From the NCBI GenBank assembly GCA_963794025.1, contig CAWCCK010000022.1, forward strand, positions 120,937 through 184,936: a stretch of DNA of 64,000 nt. The letters are read 5' to 3'. The notes below the pieces were generated by a model. It saw only the letters and a program-made list of their open reading frames with translations, had not been told where the DNA came from and searched no databases. The translations under genes and the position numbers were made by a program. Position 1 is the first letter of the stretch, and every line of letters starts with the position of its first letter. Of the stretch, positions 37,744 to 47,452 are shown one piece after another. This DNA comes from Ignavibacteriota bacterium. Lineage in GTDB: Bacteria; Bacteroidota; Ignavibacteria; Palsa-1295.

Positions 37744-38559
37744 TCAGGGAGTCCGAGATGCCTGTAATTCCTTCGTGATCTTTTCCCAATCGACGATCGG
37801 GGTCATCACCTCGGTGTGCATGTGCGTAGCAACGCCGGGAACCGGCGAAAGGCAGAGTGCGCGGCCTGCATAGCGCGTATGACCGATCATGCTTCGCGCA
37901 AAAAGGTTCTTGCTGAGATAGCCATCGTCCGCGCCAGTAGCAGAATGTTCGAGAATGTTTCGGAACTGTTTTAACGTCGAGACCTCGGCTAAGAATGTGA
38001 AGGTAGTGTTCGCGATCTGCCGCCAATGGCAATACTGAGAAACAAAAAGAAACGATGGATCACGTTCGCGCGGTTTGTATCGGTCGGGATAATCGGGCGG
38101 ATGAATGATGAGCGGCATAGTTTTCAGTCCACGCCGATAGTCCATCGGCATGAGGCGTTTCAGGCTTCTGCGGCTTTTTGTCTCAAGAATCGTTTCTCGA
38201 TGCTTGATGAATTCATCGATCCAAAGGAATGCTTCCGGCGTGTGAAGATAATCATCCTCGCAAAAATACACCCAATCGGTTTCAGCGTAGCCGAACGCCA
38301 AGCGTAAGCTCATGCGGATGGATTCATCGTTCCCGAAGGTTCCCTCCGTCATCGTTACATTGTAGGCTTGAAAGAACTGGCGAAGTTCCTCCGAAATGTT
38401 GTCGGCGATGATGTGAATAGTGTGCTCGAAACCTTCCAAGGATTGCACCAGGCTCCGAAAGCAGATCTCAATCGTCTCCCGTTTATTTAATGCGAACGGA
38501 CGCTTAGCGCCATGCACAGAATGCACGGCATCGCACGTTCGGAAAATAATCCTGTACAT
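37744..38559 (-). CDS. Putative glycosyltransferase (GT-A-like).
   Basis: 271 aa with a DxD-like segment YFCEDDYLH. The assignment is tentative. Confidence 0.35.
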   Translation of the reverse strand: MYRIIFRTCDAVHSVHGAKRPFALNKRETIEICFRSLVQSLEGFEHTIHIIADNISEELRQFFQAYNVTMTEGTFGNDESIRMSLRLAFGYAETDWVYFCEDDYLHTPEAFLWIDEFIKHRETILETKSRRSLKRLMPMDYRRGLKTMPLIIHPPDYPDRYKPRERDPSFLFVSQYCHWRQIANTTFTFLAEVSTLKQFRNILEHSATGADDGYLSKNLFARSMIGHTRYAGRALCLSPVPGVATHMHTEVMTPIVDWEKITKELQASRTP

Positions 38560-38583
38560 TTTTAGCTAAGAATGAAGAAGTAA
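38560..38583. repeat. Reverse-complement copy of the TTCTTAATTCTTACTTCTT motif.
   Basis: gaatgaagaagtaagaattaagag. Confidence 0.5.
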
Positions 38584-38609
38584 GAATTAAGAGTAGGGAA
38601 GGTTAATTT

Positions 38610-40091
38610 TTAATATGCTTTCGCCCACACAGCCTCATGGATTGCAGGCATTCCGCATACGATGCAACGTTCGGGTTTCGTTTCGCTTTGGAATTCCGCG
38701 AACGGAATCACGCGGATCGTTGCCTTCGTTTCTTCTTTGATTTTCGTTTCGCATGTTGCCATGCCGCAGAATCCGGCATAAATAAATCCCGCATCGCGCT
38801 CGAGGAGGGCTTTCATTTCATCGTAACTTGTTACGCCGCGCGTGCTGTTTGCTTCGCGGCGAGCGGTGGCATTTTGCAGAAGTTGATTTTGTAATGCATC
38901 TAACAAATTTGGGATGCGCGTGGCAAGTTCTTCTCGCTTGAGAAATAGTTTCTGCTTGCGATTTGGTTTTGGGGGTTCTTCGCTGTCTAAAAGGACGCGA
39001 GGGACTACAACGACCGAATTGTTTTGCACATCTTTGGGACCTATTTCCATGCGTAATGGCACACCTTTTAGCTCCCAATCGTAAAATTTTGCGCCAGGGC
39101 TGAGGGAATCGCGGTCGTCAAGTTTCACGCGAACGTTTGCGTTCTTCATTTCGCGGAGCACTTCTTCGGCGGCGTTCATCACAACGGCTTTTTCATCGTC
39201 CGTCTTAAAGATGGGAACGATGACAAGCTGTAAGGGCGCCACGCGAGGCGGCGTAACGAGTCCATCGTCATCGGAATGCGTCATGATAAGGCCGCCGACC
39301 ATGCGTGTCGAAACGCCCCAGGACGTATTCCACGCGTATTCCAAGTTCCCTTCGCGGGATTGGAACTGTAATTCGAACGCTTTCGCGAAATTCTGACCGA
39401 GGTTATGGCTGGTGCCGTTTTGCAGGGCTTTGTTATCTTGCATGAGCGCTTCGGTGGAATAGGTGCGGAGTGCGCCGGCGAAGCGCTCGCTATCCGTTTT
39501 CAGCCCGATGATAACAGGCATGGCGAGATATTCCTCCATGAACGTGCGATAGACGCCGAGCATTTTCAGTGCTTCTTCTTCGGCTTGCTGCTCGGTTTCG
39601 TGCGCGGTGTGGCCCTCCTGCCACAAAAATTCCATCGTGCGAAGGAACAGCCGCGTCCGCATTTCCCAGCGGACGACATTCGCCCACTGGTTCATCAAGA
39701 TCGGCAGATCGCGATAGGACTGCACCCATTTCGCGAACATCGAATAAATAATAGTTTCCGATGTCGGGCGCAGGACGAGCGGTTCATCGAGCACTTTGCC
39801 GCCCCCAATCGTTACCACGGCAAGTTCCGGCGCAAAGCCTTCGACATGCTCGGCTTCTTTCGTCATGAACGATTGCGGAATAAGCATGGGAAAGTACGCA
39901 TTCTGATGTCCCGTTTCTTTGAACATGCGGTCGAGCGCCTGCTGCATCAGTTCCCAGATGCCATAGCCGTTGGGGCGAATGACCATGCAGCCGCGCACCG
40001 GCGAATGCTCCGCAAGCTCCGCTCGCTGCACGATCTCGTTATACCACGCGCTAAAATCTTCGCTTCGTTTGGGTAGTTTGTCTTCGGCCAT
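38610..40091 (-). CDS. proS: Prolyl-tRNA synthetase (archaeal/eukaryotic-type class II).
   Basis: 493 aa with class II motifs and a C-terminal zinc-binding-type tail (CIVCGMPAIHEAVWAKAY). It lacks the bacterial-type insertion domain. Confidence 0.85.
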   Translation of the reverse strand: MAEDKLPKRSEDFSAWYNEIVQRAELAEHSPVRGCMVIRPNGYGIWELMQQALDRMFKETGHQNAYFPMLIPQSFMTKEAEHVEGFAPELAVVTIGGGKVLDEPLVLRPTSETIIYSMFAKWVQSYRDLPILMNQWANVVRWEMRTRLFLRTMEFLWQEGHTAHETEQQAEEEALKMLGVYRTFMEEYLAMPVIIGLKTDSERFAGALRTYSTEALMQDNKALQNGTSHNLGQNFAKAFELQFQSREGNLEYAWNTSWGVSTRMVGGLIMTHSDDDGLVTPPRVAPLQLVIVPIFKTDDEKAVVMNAAEEVLREMKNANVRVKLDDRDSLSPGAKFYDWELKGVPLRMEIGPKDVQNNSVVVVPRVLLDSEEPPKPNRKQKLFLKREELATRIPNLLDALQNQLLQNATARREANSTRGVTSYDEMKALLERDAGFIYAGFCGMATCETKIKEETKATIRVIPFAEFQSETKPERCIVCGMPAIHEAVWAKAY

Positions 40092-40094
40092 ATA

Positions 40095-40307
40095 TTATGC
40101 TGCCTCTGCAAGCTGGTGTACGTTCTCATCGAGCCGAGCGATGGCAGTTTGAATGCGCTCGACTTCCGATTCTTCAAAATAGACTTCACCGCACTGTGTG
40201 CATACCCATGCGGGAACTGCTTCCAGCGTAAGGTGGTAGCCATTGCGATCGATGTGAAACGGAGCTACGCCCCGTTCCATTTTACCCTGACAATACATGC
40301 ACTTCAT
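40095..40307 (-). CDS. YgiT/MqsA-type zinc-finger protein, a putative antitoxin.
   Basis: CxxC ... CxxC (MKCMYCQGKM...CTQCGEVYF), 70 aa. It abuts the DUF4258 gene with a 3-nt gap. Confidence 0.55.
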   Translation of the reverse strand: MKCMYCQGKMERGVAPFHIDRNGYHLTLEAVPAWVCTQCGEVYFEESEVERIQTAIARLDENVHQLAEAA

Positions 40308-40309
40308 AA

Positions 40310-40633
40310 TTATCTCCTTATTCTAAAATCTCCGCTCCACTGTTCTCGATTTGGAATATAAGATGTAATAATAGCTAAATAGTCCAACTTGGGAGAACAA
40401 ACCACATGAACGGCACGTCCAGTAGTTCCACGTCCTAGCACCAGGCAGCTATGCCCACGAGCATCCTCAGGATAGTCCTCGATAATGGAACCTTCTTCGA
40501 TGACCCGATGAATTTCTTGGGGCGTTATCATTCTGCTCGGCCTTGACATTTGCAAGATCGCATGAGGCGTGAACAGGATTTTTTTAGTAGCTGCTACCCG
40601 GACAACCTGAAGAAATTCTTCCATTCCAGTCAC
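40310..40633 (-). CDS. DUF4258-family putative toxin (second paralogue in this window).
   Basis: The segment FTPHAILQMSRPSRMITPQEIHRVIEEGSIIEDYPEDARGHSCLVLG matches DUF4258. Confidence 0.55.
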   Translation of the reverse strand: MTGMEEFLQVVRVAATKKILFTPHAILQMSRPSRMITPQEIHRVIEEGSIIEDYPEDARGHSCLVLGRGTTGRAVHVVCSPKLDYLAIITSYIPNREQWSGDFRIRR

Positions 40634-40878
40634 GATGAAAAATCTTTAGTTATCGAATTGAGATACGATGCTTCTTCCAATGCTTTCGTAGAAAGTTCCA
40701 AAGTAACGGAGGGATAGTCCATCGTAAATGCTTCCACCGTTGAACTGCGTTCGAGATATTCCATTAAATACCCGAATGGTACACGCGAGCCAGCGAATAC
40801 CGGCGCGCCGCTAAGTACCTCCCGATCGGAGATGAGATACCTCGAATGATTTTCCATCTTACTATAAACTACGAGCAA
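40630..40878 (-). CDS. DUF433-domain protein (antitoxin-like).
   Basis: 82 aa; the C-terminal segment PFGYLMEYLERSSTVEAFTMDYPSVT matches DUF433. It overlaps the DUF4258 gene by 4 nt. Confidence 0.5.
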   Translation of the reverse strand: MLVVYSKMENHSRYLISDREVLSGAPVFAGSRVPFGYLMEYLERSSTVEAFTMDYPSVTLELSTKALEEASYLNSITKDFSS

Positions 40879-40964
40879 GCGCGTGCGGTTCGGAAGAAAC
40901 GATTTTGATCGTTTGTGTGATTATACGGCCTGAGTTTTCAACTAAAAAATAGGAGTCCACACTT

Positions 40965-41741
40965 ATGCGTACATTATCGATCGGTTTGAACAAGATCAGA
41001 GCAGTCGCGGGAAGCGAGTTTTCTCTGGTTGGCCTTTTTCTTTTTGCGGGAATTTATAGCGTGGCATTTCACGCCACAAATTCGGGGGCGTCAGGAGTAG
41101 CGGAGGCTTCTGTCCTCGGCCCACCCATTTTGCATGTACCGGCCGTCATGTTCATCCTCGGATTAGCGTGGCTCTCGCGGATCACAGAGATTCTTCATCC
41201 TCATCAGATGGAGACGGTCTATATCGGCAGCGACCCTGAGACGGTTTTCGCCGACAGCACCGTTCACGAGAAGCATCATCACGGAAAGCCTGCCGTGGTG
41301 ATCCCGAAGCCACTTCATCCCGAGTGGTTAGCGGCGGATAACATCTATACAGATCTGGCGGATTATCACTGGATCGCTGACGAGCAGAGCATCAGCCAAC
41401 AGGAAGCGATCCATGGCGGGAAATACATCTTTGAACGAAAGTTCCTGTTACCGCATGAACTCGAAAATCTCGTTTCTGCCGAACTATTAGTGTTGGTGGC
41501 TCGGTGGTGCAGACCAACGGTCAACGGGCATGTGCTGGAACGAAAGGGCGGAGTGGTTGATCTCATGACCTGGGACTTGAGCAACTCGTTGCAATCCGGA
41601 GAGAATCATATCTCGTTCGAAGTCGAGCATGAAGCCGTCGAGTGGGTTAACGACGATCCCACGCTTGCCGAAGACCCCCGTTGGAAGGACTGGAATCCCT
41701 ACGGGCTGAAATATCTGATCCGCGTTACGCATCCGGTGTAA
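40965..41741 (+). CDS. Hypothetical membrane-anchored protein.
   Basis: 258 aa with two N-terminal hydrophobic helices. Confidence 0.4.
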   Translation: MRTLSIGLNKIRAVAGSEFSLVGLFLFAGIYSVAFHATNSGASGVAEASVLGPPILHVPAVMFILGLAWLSRITEILHPHQMETVYIGSDPETVFADSTVHEKHHHGKPAVVIPKPLHPEWLAADNIYTDLADYHWIADEQSISQQEAIHGGKYIFERKFLLPHELENLVSAELLVLVARWCRPTVNGHVLERKGGVVDLMTWDLSNSLQSGENHISFEVEHEAVEWVNDDPTLAEDPRWKDWNPYGLKYLIRVTHPV

Positions 41742-41814
41742 AGTTCTCCGGTGTAATGTTCCCGAAACGTCTTCTCGCGCTCACGCTCTTCGCCGCGCTT
41801 GCGGTGAGAGCGTG

Positions 41815-42090
41815 CTATTCACATTGAAGAATTTTATTAAGCTCTTTTGGAGTCTTCCGATAAGCTCCCTCAATCAAGAATAAATAGGGCTTTACATGAA
41901 GCACTTTTGCGATATTGACGAGTTTATATACCGTTATATTGCGTTCCGCTCTTTCAATATAGCCGATATAATTAGGATGGAGCCTTGACTCTTCAGCCAA
42001 ACGAGATTGTGACCATCCACGCTTCGTTCTGAACCCACGGACATTATCGCCAATAATAGAGCTAATCGTCACATGGCGTTTTACTACCAT
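41815..42090 (-). CDS. XRE-family helix-turn-helix transcriptional regulator.
   Basis: HTH_3 pattern GDNVRGFRTKRGWSQSRLAEESRLHPNYIGYIERAERNITVYKLVNIAKVL. Confidence 0.7.
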   Translation of the reverse strand: MVVKRHVTISSIIGDNVRGFRTKRGWSQSRLAEESRLHPNYIGYIERAERNITVYKLVNIAKVLHVKPYLFLIEGAYRKTPKELNKILQCE

Positions 42091-42198
42091 GTTCCGGATG
42101 AATTACATACTATAGTATATTAATTGTCGTATATTTGTATTCCGATCTTGGAGAAAAGCTCGGAGATTGGACTTTTACATTAATTTGGAGACCGAATT

Positions 42199-44910
42199 AT
42201 GATTAACTCGATGTTTTCGAAAAAGCAAGCTCTGATTGCTTGCTTCACATTGATTCTTTCCACTGGCACGCTTCACGCCCAGCCTTATGCCAACAATTGG
42301 ACTGAAATCACCGATGGCGGCGATACCATCTACCATACGTGGCCGCCGTCCGATAGCGTGTGGCTTCATGACCAGATCGTAATTAAGTTCCGAAGGGGAA
42401 TGCTCGATTATGCACAACTCTGTTACAATTGCGACACAATCGTGAGTGGCGGATTAGCTTCCGATTCACCACGGTATTTCCCAACCTGCAAGCAGACCCT
42501 CATGACACAGGAGTTCGATACAAGTGTTGTTATCGACTTAGCGACGAAAATCATTTTACAAACGCATGGCTTGTCCTATCTTCGCCGAATGACTGCTGCG
42601 AATCCATGTGCAGATACTCTTAGCATTACTCGGCTGGGCGATACTATTCCAATGGATCATTACGATTGGATGGTCGCGCAATTCAATAACGATACGAGTG
42701 TGCTCACTACCTTAGCGGCATTGTATGCACCTGGTATGAAAGGAATAGAAATCGCTGAACCGGTCTATCTCATGCAATTAGCGCATTTACCACGCACTCC
42801 AAACGATCCGTGGTGTATCGACACGCCCCACAATCCTTGGCCCTACTTTCAAATTAGTCTCAATGGGATTGATTGGGGCGATGGTCGCTGGGGTATCGGT
42901 ATGCAATCGGCTTGGGGTTACGATGTTGGGAGTACGCCGGGGCATGCTCCACTTGTCGTTTCAGTGATTGATAATGGCATTGATTACTGGCGGTGCGATT
43001 TCGGTGGAGAACCAATTCCAAATAGTAAGGTCAGCGGCGGATGGGATTTTTTAAGAAACAACGACACAACCATCTACTTGGGAACGTGCCCACTTGGCGA
43101 TGATGGTGGCGCAGGTGCTTCTAATCATGGGACACCCATTGCAGGTATCATCGGCGGACTTACGAATAACGAAGGGTGTAATGTATATGCAGGCTTACCC
43201 AATGCGATGGCGGGTATTGCTGGCGGATGGGGCCCACTTTATGGAGCAACCAATCTCGGAACCGGCGTGCAACTTCTTGGATACAATGTCATTGATCCTT
43301 CAACATGCACCCCATTAAGTCAATTTCCTCGCAGCGATTGGGCCGCCAGCGCGATACTGGAATCGGCAGGTAACTCAGTCAACGGTCATTACGGAACCAA
43401 AGCTGACGTCATAAATGCAAGCTGGTACATATCGCCAAATGCATCTTTGCTTGCAATCCGGTCTGCAGTAGCGGAATCATTCCGAAACAAGGTCTCGTTC
43501 GTTGCATGTGCAGGAAATTTAAATAGTGAAGCTCTATTTTGGCCAGCCGGTATTGAACCAGCCAGTGAGGTTACTTCTGTCGGGGCTGCTACTAAAGCAG
43601 CAACGGGATCAGCGGCAGATATTATTTCAAGGGCTGATTATTCAAACTATAACCATTACACCGATCTTGTCGCGCCGGGGGGAGAGCCAGAAAGCGACCG
43701 CGATGGCTTAGATAATAGCGTCTATTCTCTTCAAGATGACACCCTTGATGGCCCAACATACGCATCCAACGATCCTGACAGAGGGAGCTATTTTAGTGGC
43801 ACATCCTTTGCCGCACCTCATGTTGCTGGAGTTGCGGCGTTGATCCGAGACTATCTGCAAACGGGCGGCTATATGAGCGATCCCAATGATCAGTATTATT
43901 TCGAAGACATCGAAGGCATTCTCAAGGCTTCGTCGCTTGATTTTGGGTACAATCCAGCCAGCCCACTTCCACAACCACCCACCGACCCGTGGGCTGCTCC
44001 ATATCACCCTGATCCAGATGGAGTTACAAATTATCAGGTTGGATTCGATGAGGAAGCAGGCTGGGGGTTATTGCAAGCCGATCAGGCATTTTATATGCTC
44101 GATCCCGCTGGCCTCGGGTATCGGCTCTTTCATTACTACGTAAGTTCACTTGATGTGGCCTATGGCGCATGGAGTGCCACACCCCAAAAGATACATATTT
44201 ATAATACAATCGGTGGCCCTACCCCTCTTTATCCTGCAACAGGAACCTATATGGCTGAAGTCAGGGAAGATACCGCAAACATAACGTATGCTGGTATTGA
44301 CACCACACTTCCGGTCTATGCCTGGGGATCTACGACTCCTAAAACTGGTTGGTCAAACACAACAAATGTGGGTGGTCTCGGATGGTCCAATTGGGAAGAA
44401 AACTGGTGTGATGTCAAGATGGACACCCACATACCCTCTCGCGATCATGGCAACGGAATCGTTCCTGGAATTCGTCATGATTATTCCAGAACATTAACAG
44501 CACATACCTATCAGTATAGATTATGGGATTCCACAGGGACAAATTACTTGGGGATTTATCCTGATTCGACCGGGGCTGTCGGCGTGAGTTTGTATGTAAC
44601 TATTTTCGGTGTGCCATGTACAGGGTGCAAAATCGCCGACGGCGGCGATCAGGATACCGTTCCAAAGCAAACTTTTCGTGTCTGGCCACCTGTTGCTAAT
44701 TCGATGGTGACAGTCTTAATCGGTGGCGATCAATTAGCTTCGCAATTTGTTCTCGTGGATGCGCTCGGAAGAATTGTTCGACAGCAGAATATTTCGGAAA
44801 ATACACAGCAATTCGAAATACCTACTTCCGATCTTGCATCGGGGTTATATCTTGCACGGCTTATCTATGGGAATGAAATTGAGCAAGCAAAGTTCGTCGT
44901 TCAGCATTAA
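42199..44910 (+). CDS. Subtilisin-like S8 serine peptidase with a type IX secretion C-terminal domain.
   Basis: Catalytic triad motifs VSVIDNGID, NHGTPIAG and GTSFAAPHVAGVAALI, a signal peptide, and a C-terminal T9SS domain (GLYLARLIYGNEIEQAKFVVQH). Confidence 0.8.
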   Translation: MINSMFSKKQALIACFTLILSTGTLHAQPYANNWTEITDGGDTIYHTWPPSDSVWLHDQIVIKFRRGMLDYAQLCYNCDTIVSGGLASDSPRYFPTCKQTLMTQEFDTSVVIDLATKIILQTHGLSYLRRMTAANPCADTLSITRLGDTIPMDHYDWMVAQFNNDTSVLTTLAALYAPGMKGIEIAEPVYLMQLAHLPRTPNDPWCIDTPHNPWPYFQISLNGIDWGDGRWGIGMQSAWGYDVGSTPGHAPLVVSVIDNGIDYWRCDFGGEPIPNSKVSGGWDFLRNNDTTIYLGTCPLGDDGGAGASNHGTPIAGIIGGLTNNEGCNVYAGLPNAMAGIAGGWGPLYGATNLGTGVQLLGYNVIDPSTCTPLSQFPRSDWAASAILESAGNSVNGHYGTKADVINASWYISPNASLLAIRSAVAESFRNKVSFVACAGNLNSEALFWPAGIEPASEVTSVGAATKAATGSAADIISRADYSNYNHYTDLVAPGGEPESDRDGLDNSVYSLQDDTLDGPTYASNDPDRGSYFSGTSFAAPHVAGVAALIRDYLQTGGYMSDPNDQYYFEDIEGILKASSLDFGYNPASPLPQPPTDPWAAPYHPDPDGVTNYQVGFDEEAGWGLLQADQAFYMLDPAGLGYRLFHYYVSSLDVAYGAWSATPQKIHIYNTIGGPTPLYPATGTYMAEVREDTANITYAGIDTTLPVYAWGSTTPKTGWSNTTNVGGLGWSNWEENWCDVKMDTHIPSRDHGNGIVPGIRHDYSRTLTAHTYQYRLWDSTGTNYLGIYPDSTGAVGVSLYVTIFGVPCTGCKIADGGDQDTVPKQTFRVWPPVANSMVTVLIGGDQLASQFVLVDALGRIVRQQNISENTQQFEIPTSDLASGLYLARLIYGNEIEQAKFVVQH

Positions 44911-44925
44911 GTCAAAGTATTAGTT

Positions 44926-46206
44926 ATGAAACATAAACTCGTTTTCATTGCTTCGCTCTTTTCGTTGGCATTCTTCGCTGCGCTCAACGCAAATGCACAA
45001 TGGATGAAAACGAGTTGCCCCTATGCGAGTTACGTCAATTGTTTTGTCGTGAGCGGTACGAACCTCTTTGCGGGAACTCAAGATAGTGGTGTATATCTTT
45101 CAACCGACAGCGGTATAAGCTGGACAGAAATGAGCAATGGCCTTCCCACCAGTTCTGGCTACTGTCCCGTCGAATGTCTTGTTGTAAGTGGAACTAAAAT
45201 TTTCGCGGGATTGGGGAATGTGGCACCCGGCGGTGTCTTTCGATCAACTGATGGCGGCAAAAGTTGGACGACTGCTAATACTGTTTTAACAAATAATACG
45301 GTCTATGCTCTTGCAGTGAGCGGTAGTAATCTTTTGGCATCGACAGGCCACGTTTTTATATCCACGAATGATGGAACAAGTTGGACGGTGATCGATAGTG
45401 GCTTATCAACGAGCCAGACTGTTTACTCTGTTGCAGTATGTGATTCGAATCTTTTTGCGGGAAGCGGCTCCATAGATAGCGGCAACGTTTTCCGCTCAAC
45501 CAATAACGGCACAACCTGGGTTGCAGTAAGTAATGGCTTGCCAAACGACCTCGGCCCGTTCGAAGCCTTTGCGGTAAGCGGTTCTAATCTCTTTGCAGGA
45601 ATTGCCAATGTGGAGGTAAATACGGGCGACGTGTTCCTCTCGACCAACAGCGGTACAAGCTGGGCGAAAGTAAATAATGGATTGCCAAGTTTCATTGGTG
45701 CGGTCTCTTCCCTTGCGGTGAACGGCTCCAATCTTTTTGCTGGGATACTGGGTGGTGGTGTTTATATGCCAACGAATAATGGTACGAGCTGGATTTCCGT
45801 TAATTCCGGATTGACAGACTCTACTGTCTTTTCACTTGCCGTTTGTGGCCCATATCTCTTTGCGGGGACGGACAGCGGCGTTTGGCGCCGACGGCTTTCA
45901 GATTTCGGCATTAGTTCCGTCGCACAAACGCCAGCGGTAACTCCTTCGAAAATTCAAATCTACCCCAACCCCTTCTCCCAATCCACCGAAATCACCTTCA
46001 CCTCGCCGACGTCAGGATATGCGGAGGTATCCATTGTAAATATGCTTGGCGTGGAGGTAGCGCGGTTGTTTTCGGGGGAGTTGGGTGCGGGGGAGCATTC
46101 CTTCGTGTGGGATGCAGGCAGGGATGCCTGCACCACGGGGGTGTATGAATGCCTCGTCCGCATGAATGGACAGGTGGAGACGCTGCCGGTGGTGTTGATG
46201 CATTAA
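44926..46206 (+). CDS. Beta-propeller repeat protein (repeated SGSNLFAG / ST.nGtSW units) with a T9SS C-terminal sorting domain.
   Basis: Signal peptide, about 7 repeats of SGTNLFAGT...STDsGxSWT, and a C-terminal IQIYPNPFSQSTEITF...GVYECLVRMNGQ. Confidence 0.65.
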   Translation: MKHKLVFIASLFSLAFFAALNANAQWMKTSCPYASYVNCFVVSGTNLFAGTQDSGVYLSTDSGISWTEMSNGLPTSSGYCPVECLVVSGTKIFAGLGNVAPGGVFRSTDGGKSWTTANTVLTNNTVYALAVSGSNLLASTGHVFISTNDGTSWTVIDSGLSTSQTVYSVAVCDSNLFAGSGSIDSGNVFRSTNNGTTWVAVSNGLPNDLGPFEAFAVSGSNLFAGIANVEVNTGDVFLSTNSGTSWAKVNNGLPSFIGAVSSLAVNGSNLFAGILGGGVYMPTNNGTSWISVNSGLTDSTVFSLAVCGPYLFAGTDSGVWRRRLSDFGISSVAQTPAVTPSKIQIYPNPFSQSTEITFTSPTSGYAEVSIVNMLGVEVARLFSGELGAGEHSFVWDAGRDACTTGVYECLVRMNGQVETLPVVLMH

Positions 46207-46774
46207 TCCGAACCGGGATTACGCGGATTGGATGGATTACTCGGATTAGAATGTAGGGGCTAATGGCATTAGACCATTCGTCTCCTGCAAAACGGGTCAA
46301 TGCCATTGACCCCTACAAAAAAATAATATATTTTCGGATTTCCCTTGCTTTTGCTCTCAGAATGTTGTAAGTTCGGTAGTACATTAATGGGCACCAATTT
46401 CTATAAGAATAATATAATTATTAGCTTTCTTTATGAACGAGTTCTCTATGAAAAGTAAACTGCGGATACTTGTTGCAACAAATGGCGAAATTAGTTTGGA
46501 AACGAAGGTGCATCGGGAACTCACAAGAAAGAAAAACGGCACCTATTTCTGGGGGAACATGGATTTGGAATGAAGGAGGTTAAAAGAACTATCTTCAGCT
46601 TCAGCGGGTTTACGGCGCGCTATTTGGCATAGGGCGGATGAAGCAGGGGGTCTGTTTATTCGTCCTGCGGGGAGCAAACATTCGGTTGTTACGGGCCAGA
46701 ATTTCCTCGCAACAATGGTTTGGCAGGAGAGCTTCTAACTACTGCAGAACAACAATATTGTCAAAGGCGCAAAA

Positions 46775-46800
46775 ATCGCAAACTAAAGTTTGCGCTACAT
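46775..46800 (-). repeat. Reverse-complement copy of the GTAGCGCAAACTTyAGTTTGCGAT palindromic repeat, just upstream of rplJ.
   Basis: atcgcaaactaaagtttgcgctacat versus 16874-16897. Confidence 0.5.
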
Positions 46801-46805
46801 TATAA

Positions 46806-47429
46806 ATGACACGCGAAGAAAAAGTGAGTTCAGTCGCTGAACTCCGTGAAGTGATCGACCGATCGACCGGTATGTACTTCACCGACTTCGAAGGAATGAC
46901 CGTCGAGCAGACGACTCGTCTGCGAAACGAACTGCGTAAAGCAGGGCTGACCTTCAAAGTAGGGAAGAACACGCTGATCCGTCGTGCGCTCGATGATTCA
47001 GGACGCTTGACCGATTCCCTTCGGGCGGCGCTTGTTCGTCAGACGGGCGTAGCGTTCGGGTTCGACGATCCAGTCGCACCGGCGCGGATACTTCGTGATT
47101 TTATTGAGAAGAACCAAGATAAGCCAGTGTTGAAACTTGCTTATGTCGAGGGACAAACATTCCCCGGCACGGATCTCAAGAAAGTCGCGGCGTTACCGAC
47201 GAAAAAGGAAGTGATATCGAGCATCTTAGGCAGCTTGAATGCTCCGATGCAGGGTATCGTTGGCGTACTGGGTGCATTACAGCGAGATATAGTCTATCTC
47301 ATCGATGCGATCGAGAAGAAGAAAGCAGAAGCGTGCCGAGTACCGAGTAATGAGTACGAGTTTTATTACTCGTTACACGTTACTCATCCACTCGTTACTA
47401 ATGAGGCAAAAAGCAACAACATTTTTTAA
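46806..47429 (+). CDS. rplJ: 50S ribosomal protein L10 with a C-terminal extension.
   Basis: Motifs EKVSSVAELREVIDRSTGMYFTDFEGMTVEQTTRLRNELRKAG and TFKVGKNTLIRRAL, followed by rplL. Confidence 0.85.
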   Translation: MTREEKVSSVAELREVIDRSTGMYFTDFEGMTVEQTTRLRNELRKAGLTFKVGKNTLIRRALDDSGRLTDSLRAALVRQTGVAFGFDDPVAPARILRDFIEKNQDKPVLKLAYVEGQTFPGTDLKKVAALPTKKEVISSILGSLNAPMQGIVGVLGALQRDIVYLIDAIEKKKAEACRVPSNEYEFYYSLHVTHPLVTNEAKSNNIF

Positions 47430-47452
47430 CCATTTAAAACCGTAATACAACC

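Noticed and set aside
37744-38559. Annotating ORF 37744-38559 as a specific glycosyltransferase family.
   Set aside because: Only a DxD-like EDD segment is seen. There are no other GT-A signature motifs that I can verify by eye.
39405-40076. 223-aa ORF antisense to proS, plus similar long antisense ORFs (48769-49404 versus the histidine kinase, 61668-62303 versus the CpxP-like and cysteine desulfurase genes, 15839-16522 versus M16, 19420-19842 versus purE, 23062-23781 versus the TPR gene, 12607-13008 versus DUF4239).
   Set aside because: Each overlaps a gene with clear family motifs on the other strand. High GC content generates long antisense ORFs, and none shows recognisable motifs.
46256-46312. 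Pair of hairpins (CTAATGgCATTAG and GGGTCAATGcCATTGACCC) downstream of the propeller gene as a rho-independent terminator.
   Set aside because: The stems are short with very small loops and are followed by an A-run, not a T-run, on the + strand. It may still be a protein-binding palindrome, but terminator function is not supported.
46207-46805. tRNA genes expected upstream of a ribosomal protein cluster.
   Set aside because: There is no GTTCGAATC/TPsiC-like box or cloverleaf-compatible segment. The 54913-55016 multi-hairpin element was also considered as a tRNA-like cloverleaf, but it lacks conserved tRNA positions.
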